From: a virus
Taxonomy: Duplodnaviria > Caudoviricetes
Length of the DNA: 64,000 nt
Direction: 5' to 3' (one strand)
Virus record (IMG/VR): IMGVR_UViG_2974528084_000001
Span: 13,355 to 77,354 of that record
How positions within the stretch are numbered: position 1 is the stretch's first letter; every line of letters begins with the position of its first letter. The translations under genes were made by a program, and so were the position numbers. Positions 45,254-53,899 of the stretch are shown in pieces. Below the pieces are notes generated by a model. That model was not told the origin of the DNA, searched no databases, and saw only the letters and a program-made list of their open reading frames with translations.

Positions 45254-46126
45254 CTACCAGGGTTGGGGTACTGAACTAGGGAACTTCGGGGGCTCCATCT
45301 CCAGGCACACCCGACATACTCCCATCGTCGACAGCAAGGCGCGGTCGCTACTGGCTGCATCGAGCGCAGAGTAACTGACGTTACACTTGCTGCAATCGTA
45401 CTCGAAGCCGATGCCCAGGTCGATCACTCCGTCCAGGGCCGCAATGTAGCCTCTGATCAGGAGGTCGGAGGTTACCCAGAAGTCCAGGGGAAACTCGCCG
45501 ATATTGAGCGTGATCGTATCAACCACCTGGATCGGAGCCGACGGGGGCTGTGGGTCTTCGAAGGTCGGGCGACACAGTGCAATGATCTTGCACGTCTTGC
45601 TATCCCAGTTGATCTTGGCGCGGAAGCGCGCATACCCTGTTGCGTTGTTGCCGTAGATGTCGCGACCAGATGCGACAGGCCAATCGAAGAAGCACTCACT
45701 GGCGATCATCCCCTTGATTGCCAGGTTAGATAGCGGCGCCCACTCGCCACCGTTCTGGAGGAGGTCGCAGGAGAATATGGGCACACCCGCTGCGTGCCCA
45801 AACGCTCGGGGGTACATATCTGCAATGAACTTCTTGTTCACCCCGGTGTGCATCACTCTACCCAGACTCATGATGCACTGGGGTCTGCTGTTGGTGGTGG
45901 TCAGTGTTATGGAACCATCACCAACGGAAGTTTCTTTTCGGTGACGCTCGACAGGTCCGCTGCCAAGCTCTTCCTTCACAGAGATCGTTGCGCCAGTATC
46001 GGGCGCATGTTTCTTCATGAAGCCCACAAGCGTGGAGATAACCCCGGACGCCTCGTGGTGCTCGCGCACATCGTAGAGCGGCTCCTCAAGACGGGCTATC
46101 GCTTTCTTCAGTCCATCTATCGACAT
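45254..46126 (-). CDS. Hypothetical protein with C-terminal Zn ribbon
   Basis: AGGAGG RBS before ATG 46126. CSKC...CRVC. Weaker codon bias. Confidence 0.6.
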   Translation of the reverse strand: MSIDGLKKAIARLEEPLYDVREHHEASGVISTLVGFMKKHAPDTGATISVKEELGSGPVERHRKETSVGDGSITLTTTNSRPQCIMSLGRVMHTGVNKKFIADMYPRAFGHAAGVPIFSCDLLQNGGEWAPLSNLAIKGMIASECFFDWPVASGRDIYGNNATGYARFRAKINWDSKTCKIIALCRPTFEDPQPPSAPIQVVDTITLNIGEFPLDFWVTSDLLIRGYIAALDGVIDLGIGFEYDCSKCNVSYSALDAASSDRALLSTMGVCRVCLEMEPPKFPSSVPQPW

Positions 46127-46550
46127 GTTCGTCACCTCCTTCGATGTGTGCTGCGACAAGTCCCCCTGATAGGGGAGGGGAGAGACAGTCACTGAACCGT
46201 CTCTGCTCACCGCTGTCAAGTAGCCCTGATAAGTTAAGATTTTGTATTGCTCGTAGCTCCGCAATGGGTCTACCCCCGCGACGACGGGAGCGCCTTGATG
46301 TAGTCCTGCTATTATCGGACCAGAGGTTGGATCCCACTTCCTCAACTGCTGGTTCCGGTTGGACTTGTCCGCCTTCTTCTTGCGGGGCTTCTTCTTTTGT
46401 TTCTCCCCCTCTAGCAGGCGCTCTCTTTCCTGCTGCCTTTGTTGCGCGCTTTCTTGGAGCTGCTTTCTTCGCCTTCGGTTTGGCGACCCCATCGCATTCA
46501 CAGGGCGCCGCCTCGCAGAACATGCATAGCTCCGGACCTTTCTTCGGCAT
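46086..46550 (-). CDS. Cys-cluster / Lys-Ala-rich hypothetical protein
   Basis: TGATG-coupled. CMFCEAAPCEC, then KAKKAAPRKR. Confidence 0.5.
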   Translation of the reverse strand: MPKKGPELCMFCEAAPCECDGVAKPKAKKAAPRKRATKAAGKRAPARGGETKEEAPQEEGGQVQPEPAVEEVGSNLWSDNSRTTSRRSRRRGGRPIAELRAIQNLNLSGLLDSGEQRRFSDCLSPPLSGGLVAAHIEGGDEHVDRWTEESDSPS

Positions 46551-46720
46551 CACTCTACCGGCTTGATGAGTGCTACGTTCTTGCCGTCGATCCGCTTGAA
46601 GTCTCCGGTGGGCTCGAATACCTCGTTGTTCTCTGCGTCCACCAGATACACCGGCTCGGTTCCCGAGCGATGCTTGCAGGCGAGCTTGACCAGCTCCTCC
46701 TTGAAGTCGAACAGTCTCAT
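46550..46720 (-). CDS. Small hypothetical protein (56 aa), not in ORF track
   Basis: GGGAGG RBS, coupled on both sides, GC3-biased. Confidence 0.55.
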   Translation of the reverse strand: MRLFDFKEELVKLACKHRSGTEPVYLVDAENNEVFEPTGDFKRIDGKNVALIKPVE

Positions 46721-46962
46721 GCTGGCCCTCCCATCTGCATCGTGTGGTACCCGGCTGCATACCCAGCCAGGCCTACAGCCTCCGCGTGCGTGCCTCCGAT
46801 CAGTGTCGATCGGTACTGCTCCTGCGTGTCGAACGGGGACGACAGTCGCAGCGAGATCACCATGCTGGCAATCACATGCGAGTCGTCGGCAGCCTCTGCT
46901 GCCATGAGGTATGCGTGCACCGCTTCTTGCACCTTGCGCTCGTGCTCTTCCAGGTTACTCAA
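46717..46962 (-). CDS. Small hypothetical protein
   Basis: AAGGAGG RBS before TTG 46962, directly downstream of a promoter. Confidence 0.55.
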   Translation of the reverse strand: MSNLEEHERKVQEAVHAYLMAAEAADDSHVIASMVISLRLSSPFDTQEQYRSTLIGGTHAEAVGLAGYAAGYHTMQMGGPA

Positions 46963-46992
46963 GTGTATGGCCTCCTTCAAGTCGGTAAGTGA

Positions 46993-47022
46993 ATGGTACC
47001 ATACGCGGTACTAGTTTGTCAA
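46993..47022 (-). promoter_or_regulatory. SigA-like promoter with TAGTACC in the spacer
   Basis: TTGACA-N18-TACCAT with TGG extended -10. Confidence 0.7.
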
Positions 47023-47026
47023 ATCG

Positions 47027-47755
47027 TCAGAGCTTGCTGACCTCGTGGTCGTACTGCTCCTGGCTGATCTTCAGCATCCCGATGATCGCACCAGCGGGAA
47101 TACCCTTCGCGTGCATGTTGGTCAGGTGCGTGCGCTCGTCGTCGGTCAGCGCCTTGAACTTGCCCGTCTTGGGGTCCGACGCAGGCGAGCTGGCCTTGGG
47201 CTGCGGTCGCGCCGACTTGATCTCCCTGGATGGAGGGGGCATCGGGTTGTACCCCTGACACCCCGGCGTATCCATGAAGTCCATCTCGCCGGTGTTCATG
47301 CGGTACCGCTTGAGCGACCACTTGCTTACTTCGCCGACGTTCGCGAAGTGTGGGAAGCTCATCATCTGAATTGCGATGGCAAGTCCCATTGCCTGGCCCT
47401 GGAGTTTGAAGTAACCCTCGAGTTCCTCGGCAGTCATCTCGTCGTTCTTGAACCGGGGTCGCTGCTCCATGATGCCCTTGGTCACACGGTCCAGCTCATC
47501 CCACATCTTCTCCAAGATGCTTGGTCCTCTTGCCACCAGCTTTCCCTCCTCGCCTATTGTGTACACCGGACCGAGGTACGGGCACTGGTCATTGTCGTGA
47601 TGGCGCTTCTTCTCTGCGCGAGCGCCTTCCTTGCTGCGGTGGTAGGTCATCCACCGGCAACCGGGAGCACCACACTCGAAGGTGTAATCGAGGTGGTGCT
47701 CATGGTCCGGTTGGTTCAGGGTTGGATAAACCTCCGGCCAGGTGGGGTACGTCAC
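47027..47755 (-). CDS. C2H2-like Zn-finger + C-terminal HTH protein
   Basis: CGAPGC...HH...C. C-terminal LTDDER...GIPAGAIIGMLKIS. Confidence 0.6.
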   Translation of the reverse strand: MTYPTWPEVYPTLNQPDHEHHLDYTFECGAPGCRWMTYHRSKEGARAEKKRHHDNDQCPYLGPVYTIGEEGKLVARGPSILEKMWDELDRVTKGIMEQRPRFKNDEMTAEELEGYFKLQGQAMGLAIAIQMMSFPHFANVGEVSKWSLKRYRMNTGEMDFMDTPGCQGYNPMPPPSREIKSARPQPKASSPASDPKTGKFKALTDDERTHLTNMHAKGIPAGAIIGMLKISQEQYDHEVSKL

Positions 47756-47764
47756 CGTCCTCCT

Positions 47765-47908
47765 TTACCAGAGCTCGTTGATGATCTCTTCCTCGTCTGG
47801 CGTGAGCGGGACGCTCAGGTCACCCCAGTACTCGGAGTGCCTGAGCATCTCGCCGTCGAACTCCCACTCCTCTTCGGTAAGAGGATAGTAGTAGTCAGGC
47901 CCCAGCAT
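47765..47908 (-). CDS. Small acidic aromatic peptide (47 aa), not in ORF track
   Basis: TAATG coupling. MLGPDYYYPLTEEEW... Confidence 0.5.
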   Translation of the reverse strand: MLGPDYYYPLTEEEWEFDGEMLRHSEYWGDLSVPLTPDEEEIINELW

Positions 47909-48330
47909 TAGATGCAGTAGGTGAACTCGCCGCCACTGCCGCCGATGTCGCTGGACTCGCTGACCATCCGCCCGTTCTGGTAGATCGCGCAGTAGATCTT
48001 GCCCGGCTTGAACGACTCGATGCTCGCCGAGAGCCCACCGAACCCGCCGTCAGCGGCGACGGTGTAGTCCCAGGTCGCACACTTCCAGCCGGGGATCGAG
48101 GTGCTGCCGATGATGTCGACGTGATCGGTCTCGTCGTTGCCGTACTGGTTCGTGCGCTCGAGGACCACCGGGTTGGTGCGTGCCTCGGTGCAGGTGACGA
48201 TGCGGATGCTGTCCCACTCGTCGACGATGACTGCCTCGGCGGGCGCGCTGACGAGGGATGCCCCGGCCAGGACGCCCACGAGAGCACCGGCGGTGACGAG
48301 ATGGGTCTTCATGTTCTTCAGGATGCTCAT
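47908..48330 (-). CDS. Secreted protein, MmpS-like C-terminal pattern
   Basis: Signal peptide ending AEA. C-terminal KIYCAIYQNGRMVSE...YC resembles the MmpS disulfide fold. Confidence 0.6.
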   Translation of the reverse strand: MSILKNMKTHLVTAGALVGVLAGASLVSAPAEAVIVDEWDSIRIVTCTEARTNPVVLERTNQYGNDETDHVDIIGSTSIPGWKCATWDYTVAADGGFGGLSASIESFKPGKIYCAIYQNGRMVSESSDIGGSGGEFTYCI

Positions 48331-48376
48331 TGTGTACCTTCTTTCAGTTGGTGTGGATCAGTACCGGGGCGAGGTG

Positions 48377-48682
48377 TCAGTCCTCGGCCGGCTCGTCGGT
48401 CTCGGGCTCGTCGAAGTAGGTCGGGGCTTCGTAGGTGTACTCAGGTCCGTCGAAGGGCAGGTCGCCCATGTTGATCGGCTCGCTGTTCGCGTCTCCACCG
48501 ATGGGCTGGCCACTGGTGGAGACGATCGGCGGCGGGCAGGGTGCGTTGCCGGTGGGAGTGACGATGGTGCAGCCGACGTTGACCTGGGCCGGAGCCGGGG
48601 TCGGGCTGGCGATTGCTGCTGCGGGTGCGCCGAGTGCGAGGGCGAATGCCGATGCGAGTGCTGCCTTCTGGAAGACGTTCAT
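48377..48682 (-). CDS. Secreted Pro-rich/acidic protein
   Basis: AAGGAG RBS. Signal peptide, Cys pair, acidic tail. Confidence 0.6.
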   Translation of the reverse strand: MNVFQKAALASAFALALGAPAAAIASPTPAPAQVNVGCTIVTPTGNAPCPPPIVSTSGQPIGGDANSEPINMGDLPFDGPEYTYEAPTYFDEPETDEPAED

Positions 48683-48734
48683 GTGGTACTCCTTTGTTCG
48701 GTGGATGAGATAGAACTGGTACTACTAGGTGGCG

Positions 48735-48777
48735 GAACTAAGCCCGAGCCGTGATCCATACGGCTCGGGCTTAGTTC
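48735..48777. terminator. 18-bp perfect stem-loop
   Basis: GAACTAAGCCCGAGCCGT / ACGGCTCGGGCTTAGTTC. Confidence 0.65.
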
Positions 48778-48832
48778 ACCCTGACACAGACTCGCGAGTG
48801 TACCAATTGGGAGTGACTCGCAAGTACTGCGG

Positions 48833-49261
48833 TCAGCCTTGGGCTGACTCTTCCTTGGCCTTGGCCTCGTCCTTGTTGGCGGGCGGGTCCGCATGGAAGT
48901 GAGACAGCGGAGTGTGGTCGATGCTGTCGTGGAAGCCGAGTGCCTGCTCCGGGGCCATCGCATTGATGTCTGCGAGAGCGTAGCCGTGGCGGTCCACGAG
49001 GTGACGCTTGACCGAGTCGAGGTTGACGAGGTTGAGGCGGCGCGCCTTCATGTCCACCTCCGCCTCGGGTGCGATGCGGATGTCTGCGATCTGCTCGGCA
49101 GGCACGAGGGTTAGGGACGAGCGCCCCTTCTCCTTGAATGCGATTGCCTGCGGCGAGGCCGAGGCGACGGTGCCGATGACCGCTTCCTCTGCGCCGACGG
49201 TGAGAAGTTCGACACGCTTGTCTGCGTAGTCGGCGAGCGCGAGCTCGGTTGCTGCGGTCAT
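48833..49261 (-). CDS. Hypothetical protein (abundant-type codon bias)
   Basis: AGGAGG RBS, downstream of a promoter. Sm/SH3-like beta N-terminus is possible. Confidence 0.7.
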   Translation of the reverse strand: MTAATELALADYADKRVELLTVGAEEAVIGTVASASPQAIAFKEKGRSSLTLVPAEQIADIRIAPEAEVDMKARRLNLVNLDSVKRHLVDRHGYALADINAMAPEQALGFHDSIDHTPLSHFHADPPANKDEAKAKEESAQG

Positions 49262-49317
49262 TGTGTCCTCCTATGGTGCGTTTCCGGTGGTCAGGGCGGT
49301 GTGCGCCGTACCCGTTC

Positions 49318-49347
49318 ATAGTACCACGGGCACGGCGCCACCCGCAA
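49318..49347 (-). promoter_or_regulatory. SigA-like promoter overlapped by a hairpin
   Basis: TTGCGG-N18-TACTAT with TGG extended -10. Confidence 0.55.
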
Positions 49348-49382
49348 CCCCCGAAAACCCCTCAACTTTCGGGGGGACGAAC

Positions 49383-49946
49383 TCACACGCCGCGCAGGAC
49401 CTCGAGAGTCTTGAGACCTTCGAGCCCCATGAACTTCACGAGCTCGGCCCACGGCATGGGCGCGGTCGTACGTCTGCCCGACGAGACGTACCACATCTGC
49501 CGGAACTTGTAGATGTTCAGGTACGGACTGTCTGGGTTCTGGGTCACGTACTCCTCGGCGATCCCGACGGCGACGAAATCGTAGAGCTTCCCGGACTTGT
49601 CATTGGAGTAACGCTTGCTGAACGCAACGACCGGGGTCTGGCCGGAGGTGTTGGGCTTCGGCTCGCGGCTGAGCATCTCCCGCGTCAGCGCTTCCTGCGC
49701 CATCTCGGCGTTGCGCTGGTGCTCCTCGACCCGCGCCTCGGCGTAACGAAGGGAGTCGAGCGACGACGCCAGCAGGTTGGCGAGCTGTCCGATGCTCATG
49801 CCGTCGCCGGTGGTATTCATGCCCACCTCGGCGGTAGCCATCTGCTCCTTCTCCTCCTTGAAGGTGTGCTTCGCCTTGCACTTGGCACGCTCGTGCGAGG
49901 TTGCGGGGTGCTTGCAGTCCTTGTGACTCATTCGTTTGGTTGCCAT
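49383..49946 (-). CDS. Actinophage HxxCxHPxTxxxRxxC motif protein
   Basis: SHKDCKHPATSHERAKC at the N-terminus. AAGGAGG RBS. Confidence 0.65.
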   Translation of the reverse strand: MATKRMSHKDCKHPATSHERAKCKAKHTFKEEKEQMATAEVGMNTTGDGMSIGQLANLLASSLDSLRYAEARVEEHQRNAEMAQEALTREMLSREPKPNTSGQTPVVAFSKRYSNDKSGKLYDFVAVGIAEEYVTQNPDSPYLNIYKFRQMWYVSSGRRTTAPMPWAELVKFMGLEGLKTLEVLRGV

Positions 49947-49952
49947 GTGTGG

Positions 49953-50174
49953 TTACCTCCTTGGTCGTTCGGCCTGGAGTCTGATCTTCAGACCCAGGTA
50001 TTCACTCGACGGGAGCTCTTCATACTTCCCCGTCTCGTCGTTCTTCTTCTCGATGATCGTGAAGATGTAGCGGTCATCTATCTCAATCATCGCACGCACA
50101 GCATCTTCAAGCTCCGGCCAGGTGTTCGGGGTCACGAGCTTGTAGGGAGTGTGCGTGATGGCGCAGCGGTACAT
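49953..50174 (-). CDS. Small hypothetical protein
   Basis: 73 aa, within a coupled gene run. Confidence 0.55.
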   Translation of the reverse strand: MYRCAITHTPYKLVTPNTWPELEDAVRAMIEIDDRYIFTIIEKKNDETGKYEELPSSEYLGLKIRLQAERPRR

Positions 50175-50178
50175 CAGT

Positions 50179-50367
50179 TCAGTTATCCGTAATCATCTTC
50201 GCAGTGGCAGCTGCCCTCTCTTCCTTGGTCTGGAGTGCGGCGAGATTCCCCATCACACTGGCACCCAGCCTGATCAGATCGTCCGAGCTCAGGTCTTTGC
50301 GGCTGCTGAACAGCTCGACCCGGAACTCGTCGTCGCTGTCGTCTTCCATCTCAAACGTGATTCGCAT
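50179..50367 (-). CDS. Small hypothetical protein
   Basis: GAGGAG RBS, 62 aa. Confidence 0.55.
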   Translation of the reverse strand: MRITFEMEDDSDDEFRVELFSSRKDLSSDDLIRLGASVMGNLAALQTKEERAAATAKMITDN

Positions 50368-50880
50368 TCAGTTCTCCTCGATTCGTCTTGTCTGGTTGCG
50401 GTACTCAGGTGGTGGTAACAGGCGCTCGTCGTTAGGATCAACACGCCGAGGCCAGGGCTTGATGCCAGGTCCGGTGATTGGGCCACCGATGGGATAGCTG
50501 CCCACCAAGGCTTCTTTCTTCTTGCGCCTGGCAATGATCCGCCTGCCCCGCTTGTTCCTGCCCTGCTCGGCATTCATTCGCCTGAGCCATTGGCTTTCGG
50601 TCTCGTCATACCAGCGACCGATCTCCTTTGGTCCCACCCAGATGGTGTGCTCTGGCAGGCGATGGCCTCGCCTCAGGTTGCACAGCATGTGGGTTGGTCT
50701 CAGGTTTGACTTGCTGTCGGTGCCTCCGAGAAACCTGGGAATGTAATGATCAGCGTTGAAGTACCAATACCCACCCTTGAGTGTGTAGTCAATCTCCTCT
50801 CCGCATATCCAGCATGGCGGCTTGAGTATTCGACACTCACGCTTGAAGCTCAGTATCGCCATGCGGTCAACCGAAGCCAC
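50368..50880 (-). CDS. HNH endonuclease
   Basis: CWICG...DHYIPRFLGGTDSKSNLRPTHMLCN. Confidence 0.9.
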   Translation of the reverse strand: MASVDRMAILSFKRECRILKPPCWICGEEIDYTLKGGYWYFNADHYIPRFLGGTDSKSNLRPTHMLCNLRRGHRLPEHTIWVGPKEIGRWYDETESQWLRRMNAEQGRNKRGRRIIARRKKKEALVGSYPIGGPITGPGIKPWPRRVDPNDERLLPPPEYRNQTRRIEEN

Positions 50881-51154
50881 CGGACTCCATCACCTTCAGT
50901 CGGACCTTGCCACGCTGCGCGCGATCAAGTCCACCCTTGATGTGGTAGCCCTTGGGGTAGGTGTAGGTGCGGTTCTTGATGTAGCCAGTGCGACGCTCGA
51001 CCAGCGCCCGGCGACGCAGCCCACACCGCAGGCACCCGAGCGTTTCCCAGTACCCCTCGGCATTGAAGATGATGTCGCCCACTGCATCCCAGGCGTGGCC
51101 GTAGATACGGCAGCGTGCGTGGTCATCATCGAGGTTGACCTTACCTATCTTCAT
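50867..51154 (-). CDS. Small Zn-finger protein
   Basis: CRIYGHAW...CLRCG. GGAGG RBS. Confidence 0.6.
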   Translation of the reverse strand: MKIGKVNLDDDHARCRIYGHAWDAVGDIIFNAEGYWETLGCLRCGLRRRALVERRTGYIKNRTYTYPKGYHIKGGLDRAQRGKVRLKVMESGGFG

Positions 51155-51157
51155 GCA

Positions 51158-51502
51158 TCACCTCCATTCTTTGCTTGGCTCGTCCCACACCTTCACGCCC
51201 GAGTCGGGGTGATCCAGATATGTGTCGAGCCTCTCGTGGTAGTCGTACTCGGCGGTGACTACCTGCCCCTGGTTGAGTACCACCAGCCCAGCGTTGCCGT
51301 GAGGGGTGGGCGGGAACAGATGGGCGATGCGCAGCTCGCCGATCTCGCAGCTGTCTACGTCGGCTCCGTCGAGGACGATCTCGTAATCGTCGGGCACGTT
51401 GGCGAGTGCGGCCTTCATCTCGCCAACCGAAGCGGACCACTTGTTGGACCACTTCATGTTCTCCGGATCATTGCCCACAGGCTCGGGCATGAACATTCCC
51501 AT
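51158..51502 (-). CDS. Hypothetical protein
   Basis: TGATG-coupled ATG 51502, GGAGG RBS. Confidence 0.55.
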   Translation of the reverse strand: MGMFMPEPVGNDPENMKWSNKWSASVGEMKAALANVPDDYEIVLDGADVDSCEIGELRIAHLFPPTPHGNAGLVVLNQGQVVTAEYDYHERLDTYLDHPDSGVKVWDEPSKEWR

Positions 51503-51741
51503 CAGTCCTCCTTGTACTTGACCTCGGCGTTGTAGAATCCGTACCCCTGACCACTCATGTATGCCTCCAATGCGTCCACCTGTCGACCGCCTCGATGGTA
51601 GACCATCCCAGCCTTGCGAGCGTAGGCCTCGATCGTTGAGAGTGCTCGGAACTTCTCGAAGTTGCAATACCCACACCCTCCTTCCAGGCAGGTGGCGTCT
51701 GGGTTGGGCCAGCAGATACGACGTGCGACTATCTGTGACAT
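51502..51741 (-). CDS. Small Cys-rich protein
   Basis: CWP...CLEGGCGYC. GGAGGAGG RBS. Confidence 0.55.
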   Translation of the reverse strand: MSQIVARRICWPNPDATCLEGGCGYCNFEKFRALSTIEAYARKAGMVYHRGGRQVDALEAYMSGQGYGFYNAEVKYKED

Positions 51742-51815
51742 CAGTCTTCCTCCTCCTTCAGGGGCCTGAGTCCACCGACGATGATGTACCACTCAAGTAT
51801 CATTGCATCACCTTC

Positions 51816-51989
51816 TTACAGTACGTGTACGAACAGCGCCGTGACGCCGATGATGACTCCCATCACCACTGCCCACCACACAAGCATGGTGAACACAAAC
51901 CTTCCGGCAAACTTCCAGAAGCCTCCCGACTCCGGCGGGCCGAACGTCCGATGGAACCAGGGGCAGAACACCTGACGAAACCAGTTCAC
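51816..51989 (-). CDS. Small membrane protein (57 aa), not in ORF track
   Basis: GTGA-coupled to the VWA stop. One long hydrophobic helix. Confidence 0.55.
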   Translation of the reverse strand: MNWFRQVFCPWFHRTFGPPESGGFWKFAGRFVFTMLVWWAVVMGVIIGVTALFVHVL

Positions 51990-53899
51990 TTCAACCTCTT
52001 CCCCAGGTGCTGCACTACCTTGCGGTAGTCCTCCGGCCCGTCCACCTGGCAGGTGTCGAAGCCGTGCTCACGAGGGGTGTCTACCCCCATCCCTACTGCC
52101 ATCAGTGTGATGTTGTTCTTGTTGCAGTATGCGATCTCGGACTTGAGAACCTTGAGCTCCTCGGTGTAGTTCGAGGCGGGCATCGCGCCGTCTGTGTAGT
52201 ACATGAGGATGCGCTCGGTTGCACGCAAGGTCTCGAGTCGCTTGCGGTAGAACTGCAGCGTGTGTCCGTCCAGGTTGCCCGACGAGGAGTCGATCAACCT
52301 CAGTGCGTTCACCTGCTCCTTGCCCCAGGGCTCGTCGCCCATCTTGATCTTGTACAGGGCGGGTCGGTCCTGGTAGTTGGTGCCGTACTCCGAGGTGTGT
52401 GCCCACACCTCGAACTTGATACCGAGCCGGCTCAGTACATCAGCCATTGCCATGACTGCGAACTTCTCCTCGACAATGGTGTGCCCACCTGTCGAGCCGG
52501 AGATGTCCATTCCGATCACGACTGCGTAGTCCTTCTTGTCAGGCGTGATCCGCTTGGCGAACAGCCTGTCGTCACCGAAGGGCACACGCTTGGCGAGCGT
52601 CTTGCCCGACACCCGACCGCTCCGCTGGTTGCGGATGCGCTGGCTGCGTGCGTTGTCGCCGAAGGCGACGCGTGCCTGTGTCAGTGCAGGTGTGAGGTTG
52701 CGCTCGTTGGACGCGAACAGCGTTGCACTGAGCGGTCGGCTGTACCCACCGTGGTATGCCTGGCCCTGGAGTCGCTCGTGGATAGCAGGCGATCCAATAT
52801 TCTCGGGCACATGATCGAGATGCTTGAGTGACTCGAGTGCATCCTTCACGTCCTCGGGACGCAGCCCCTGTGCACCACCAGCACTCTCGCCCGAGCCACC
52901 GATGTGCTTGTTGCCCTCGAACTCCTCGTCGGACTCGTCCGGCCCCTTCATATGGATGCCGTGACCGAAGATCGCTTTCAGCAATTCCTGGATTGCCTTG
53001 AGCAACTCGGCCAGCTCCTCGTCGGTGTCAGGCTTGGCGAGGTACCCCGCCTTGCGGAACATCATGAGTGCGTTGGCTGCGAACGCGAAGGTCTCGACCG
53101 TGTCGATTGCCTCGCACGAGCCCTCGATGATGGTGCGCACCTGCTTGGTGTCGATGACTTCGAGGAGTTCCTCCTTGAAGTATCCTTCGAGTTCATCGAC
53201 CGTGAACCGTGATGCGAACAGGTATGCCATGCACAACTGCTGGTCATCTTCCATGTCGATGTAGTGCTTGGTCTCGCCGGTCTCGATCTTGGTCACACCG
53301 TTGATCAGGTAGCTCAACGACAGGGCATCGAACACGTCCTGCTCAGCCGGATCAAAGTTCATCCGTGCTGTATCGCAGCGCATGTCCTCGCCAATGAGCA
53401 TGAGCATCGACAGCCAGGGGTCGCGTGCGCTGTTGACAGCCGAGACCATCGTCGAGCCTGCTCGGTATATACCGTTGTTGATTGCCGCAGCTGTGTCTGT
53501 GTCGAGGTCATGGACGTACCCACGGCGGCGAGCGACGACATCGAACGCTCGAGCCTTGTCGTACTGGGCAAACGAGCCGTGCACAATGTGTCCGATCTCG
53601 TGGTTGAGTACCTCCATCACCTCCTCCTGGGTGGCGCACGCAGGACACACAGACATGCCGTCTGCCCTGCTGTTGCACATTCCATTGTGCCGCTGCACCA
53701 GGCCCAGCTTGACGGGCGGCTCGATCCAGATTGTCTTGCCGTCCGTCAAGCTGTTCGGTCCTGCCTCGAGCTTGAGGTTGGGATTGCCGGAGACCCTGCG
53801 TGCATGGCTGCGCAGCGCAGGGATCATGCGCTTGAACTTACGAACCGCTGCCTCGGCTTGCTTCTTGCGGGCCAGGTCCTGTGCTTCAGTCACACCCAC
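51986..53899 (-). CDS. VWA-domain protein (CobT-like) with N-terminal HExxH
   Basis: NHEIGHIVH near the N-terminus. MIDAS motif VIGMDISGS, ...NLDG, MYYTDGMP at the C-terminus. Confidence 0.85.
   Translation of the reverse strand: MGVTEAQDLARKKQAEAAVRKFKRMIPALRSHARRVSGNPNLKLEAGPNSLTDGKTIWIEPPVKLGLVQRHNGMCNSRADGMSVCPACATQEEVMEVLNHEIGHIVHGSFAQYDKARAFDVVARRRGYVHDLDTDTAAAINNGIYRAGSTMVSAVNSARDPWLSMLMLIGEDMRCDTARMNFDPAEQDVFDALSLSYLINGVTKIETGETKHYIDMEDDQQLCMAYLFASRFTVDELEGYFKEELLEVIDTKQVRTIIEGSCEAIDTVETFAFAANALMMFRKAGYLAKPDTDEELAELLKAIQELLKAIFGHGIHMKGPDESDEEFEGNKHIGGSGESAGGAQGLRPEDVKDALESLKHLDHVPENIGSPAIHERLQGQAYHGGYSRPLSATLFASNERNLTPALTQARVAFGDNARSQRIRNQRSGRVSGKTLAKRVPFGDDRLFAKRITPDKKDYAVVIGMDISGSTGGHTIVEEKFAVMAMADVLSRLGIKFEVWAHTSEYGTNYQDRPALYKIKMGDEPWGKEQVNALRLIDSSSGNLDGHTLQFYRKRLETLRATERILMYYTDGAMPASNYTEELKVLKSEIAYCNKNNITLMAVGMGVDTPREHGFDTCQVDGPEDYRKVVQHLGKRLK

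Noticed and set aside
45254-46501. 415-aa version of this ORF
   Set aside because: ATG 46126 has an AGGAGG RBS. The upstream part is better explained by the coupled ORF 46086-46550 in another frame.
50368-50880. HNH as an intron/intein-borne homing element
   Set aside because: Free-standing ORF coupled to its neighbours. No interrupted host gene or splice features seen.
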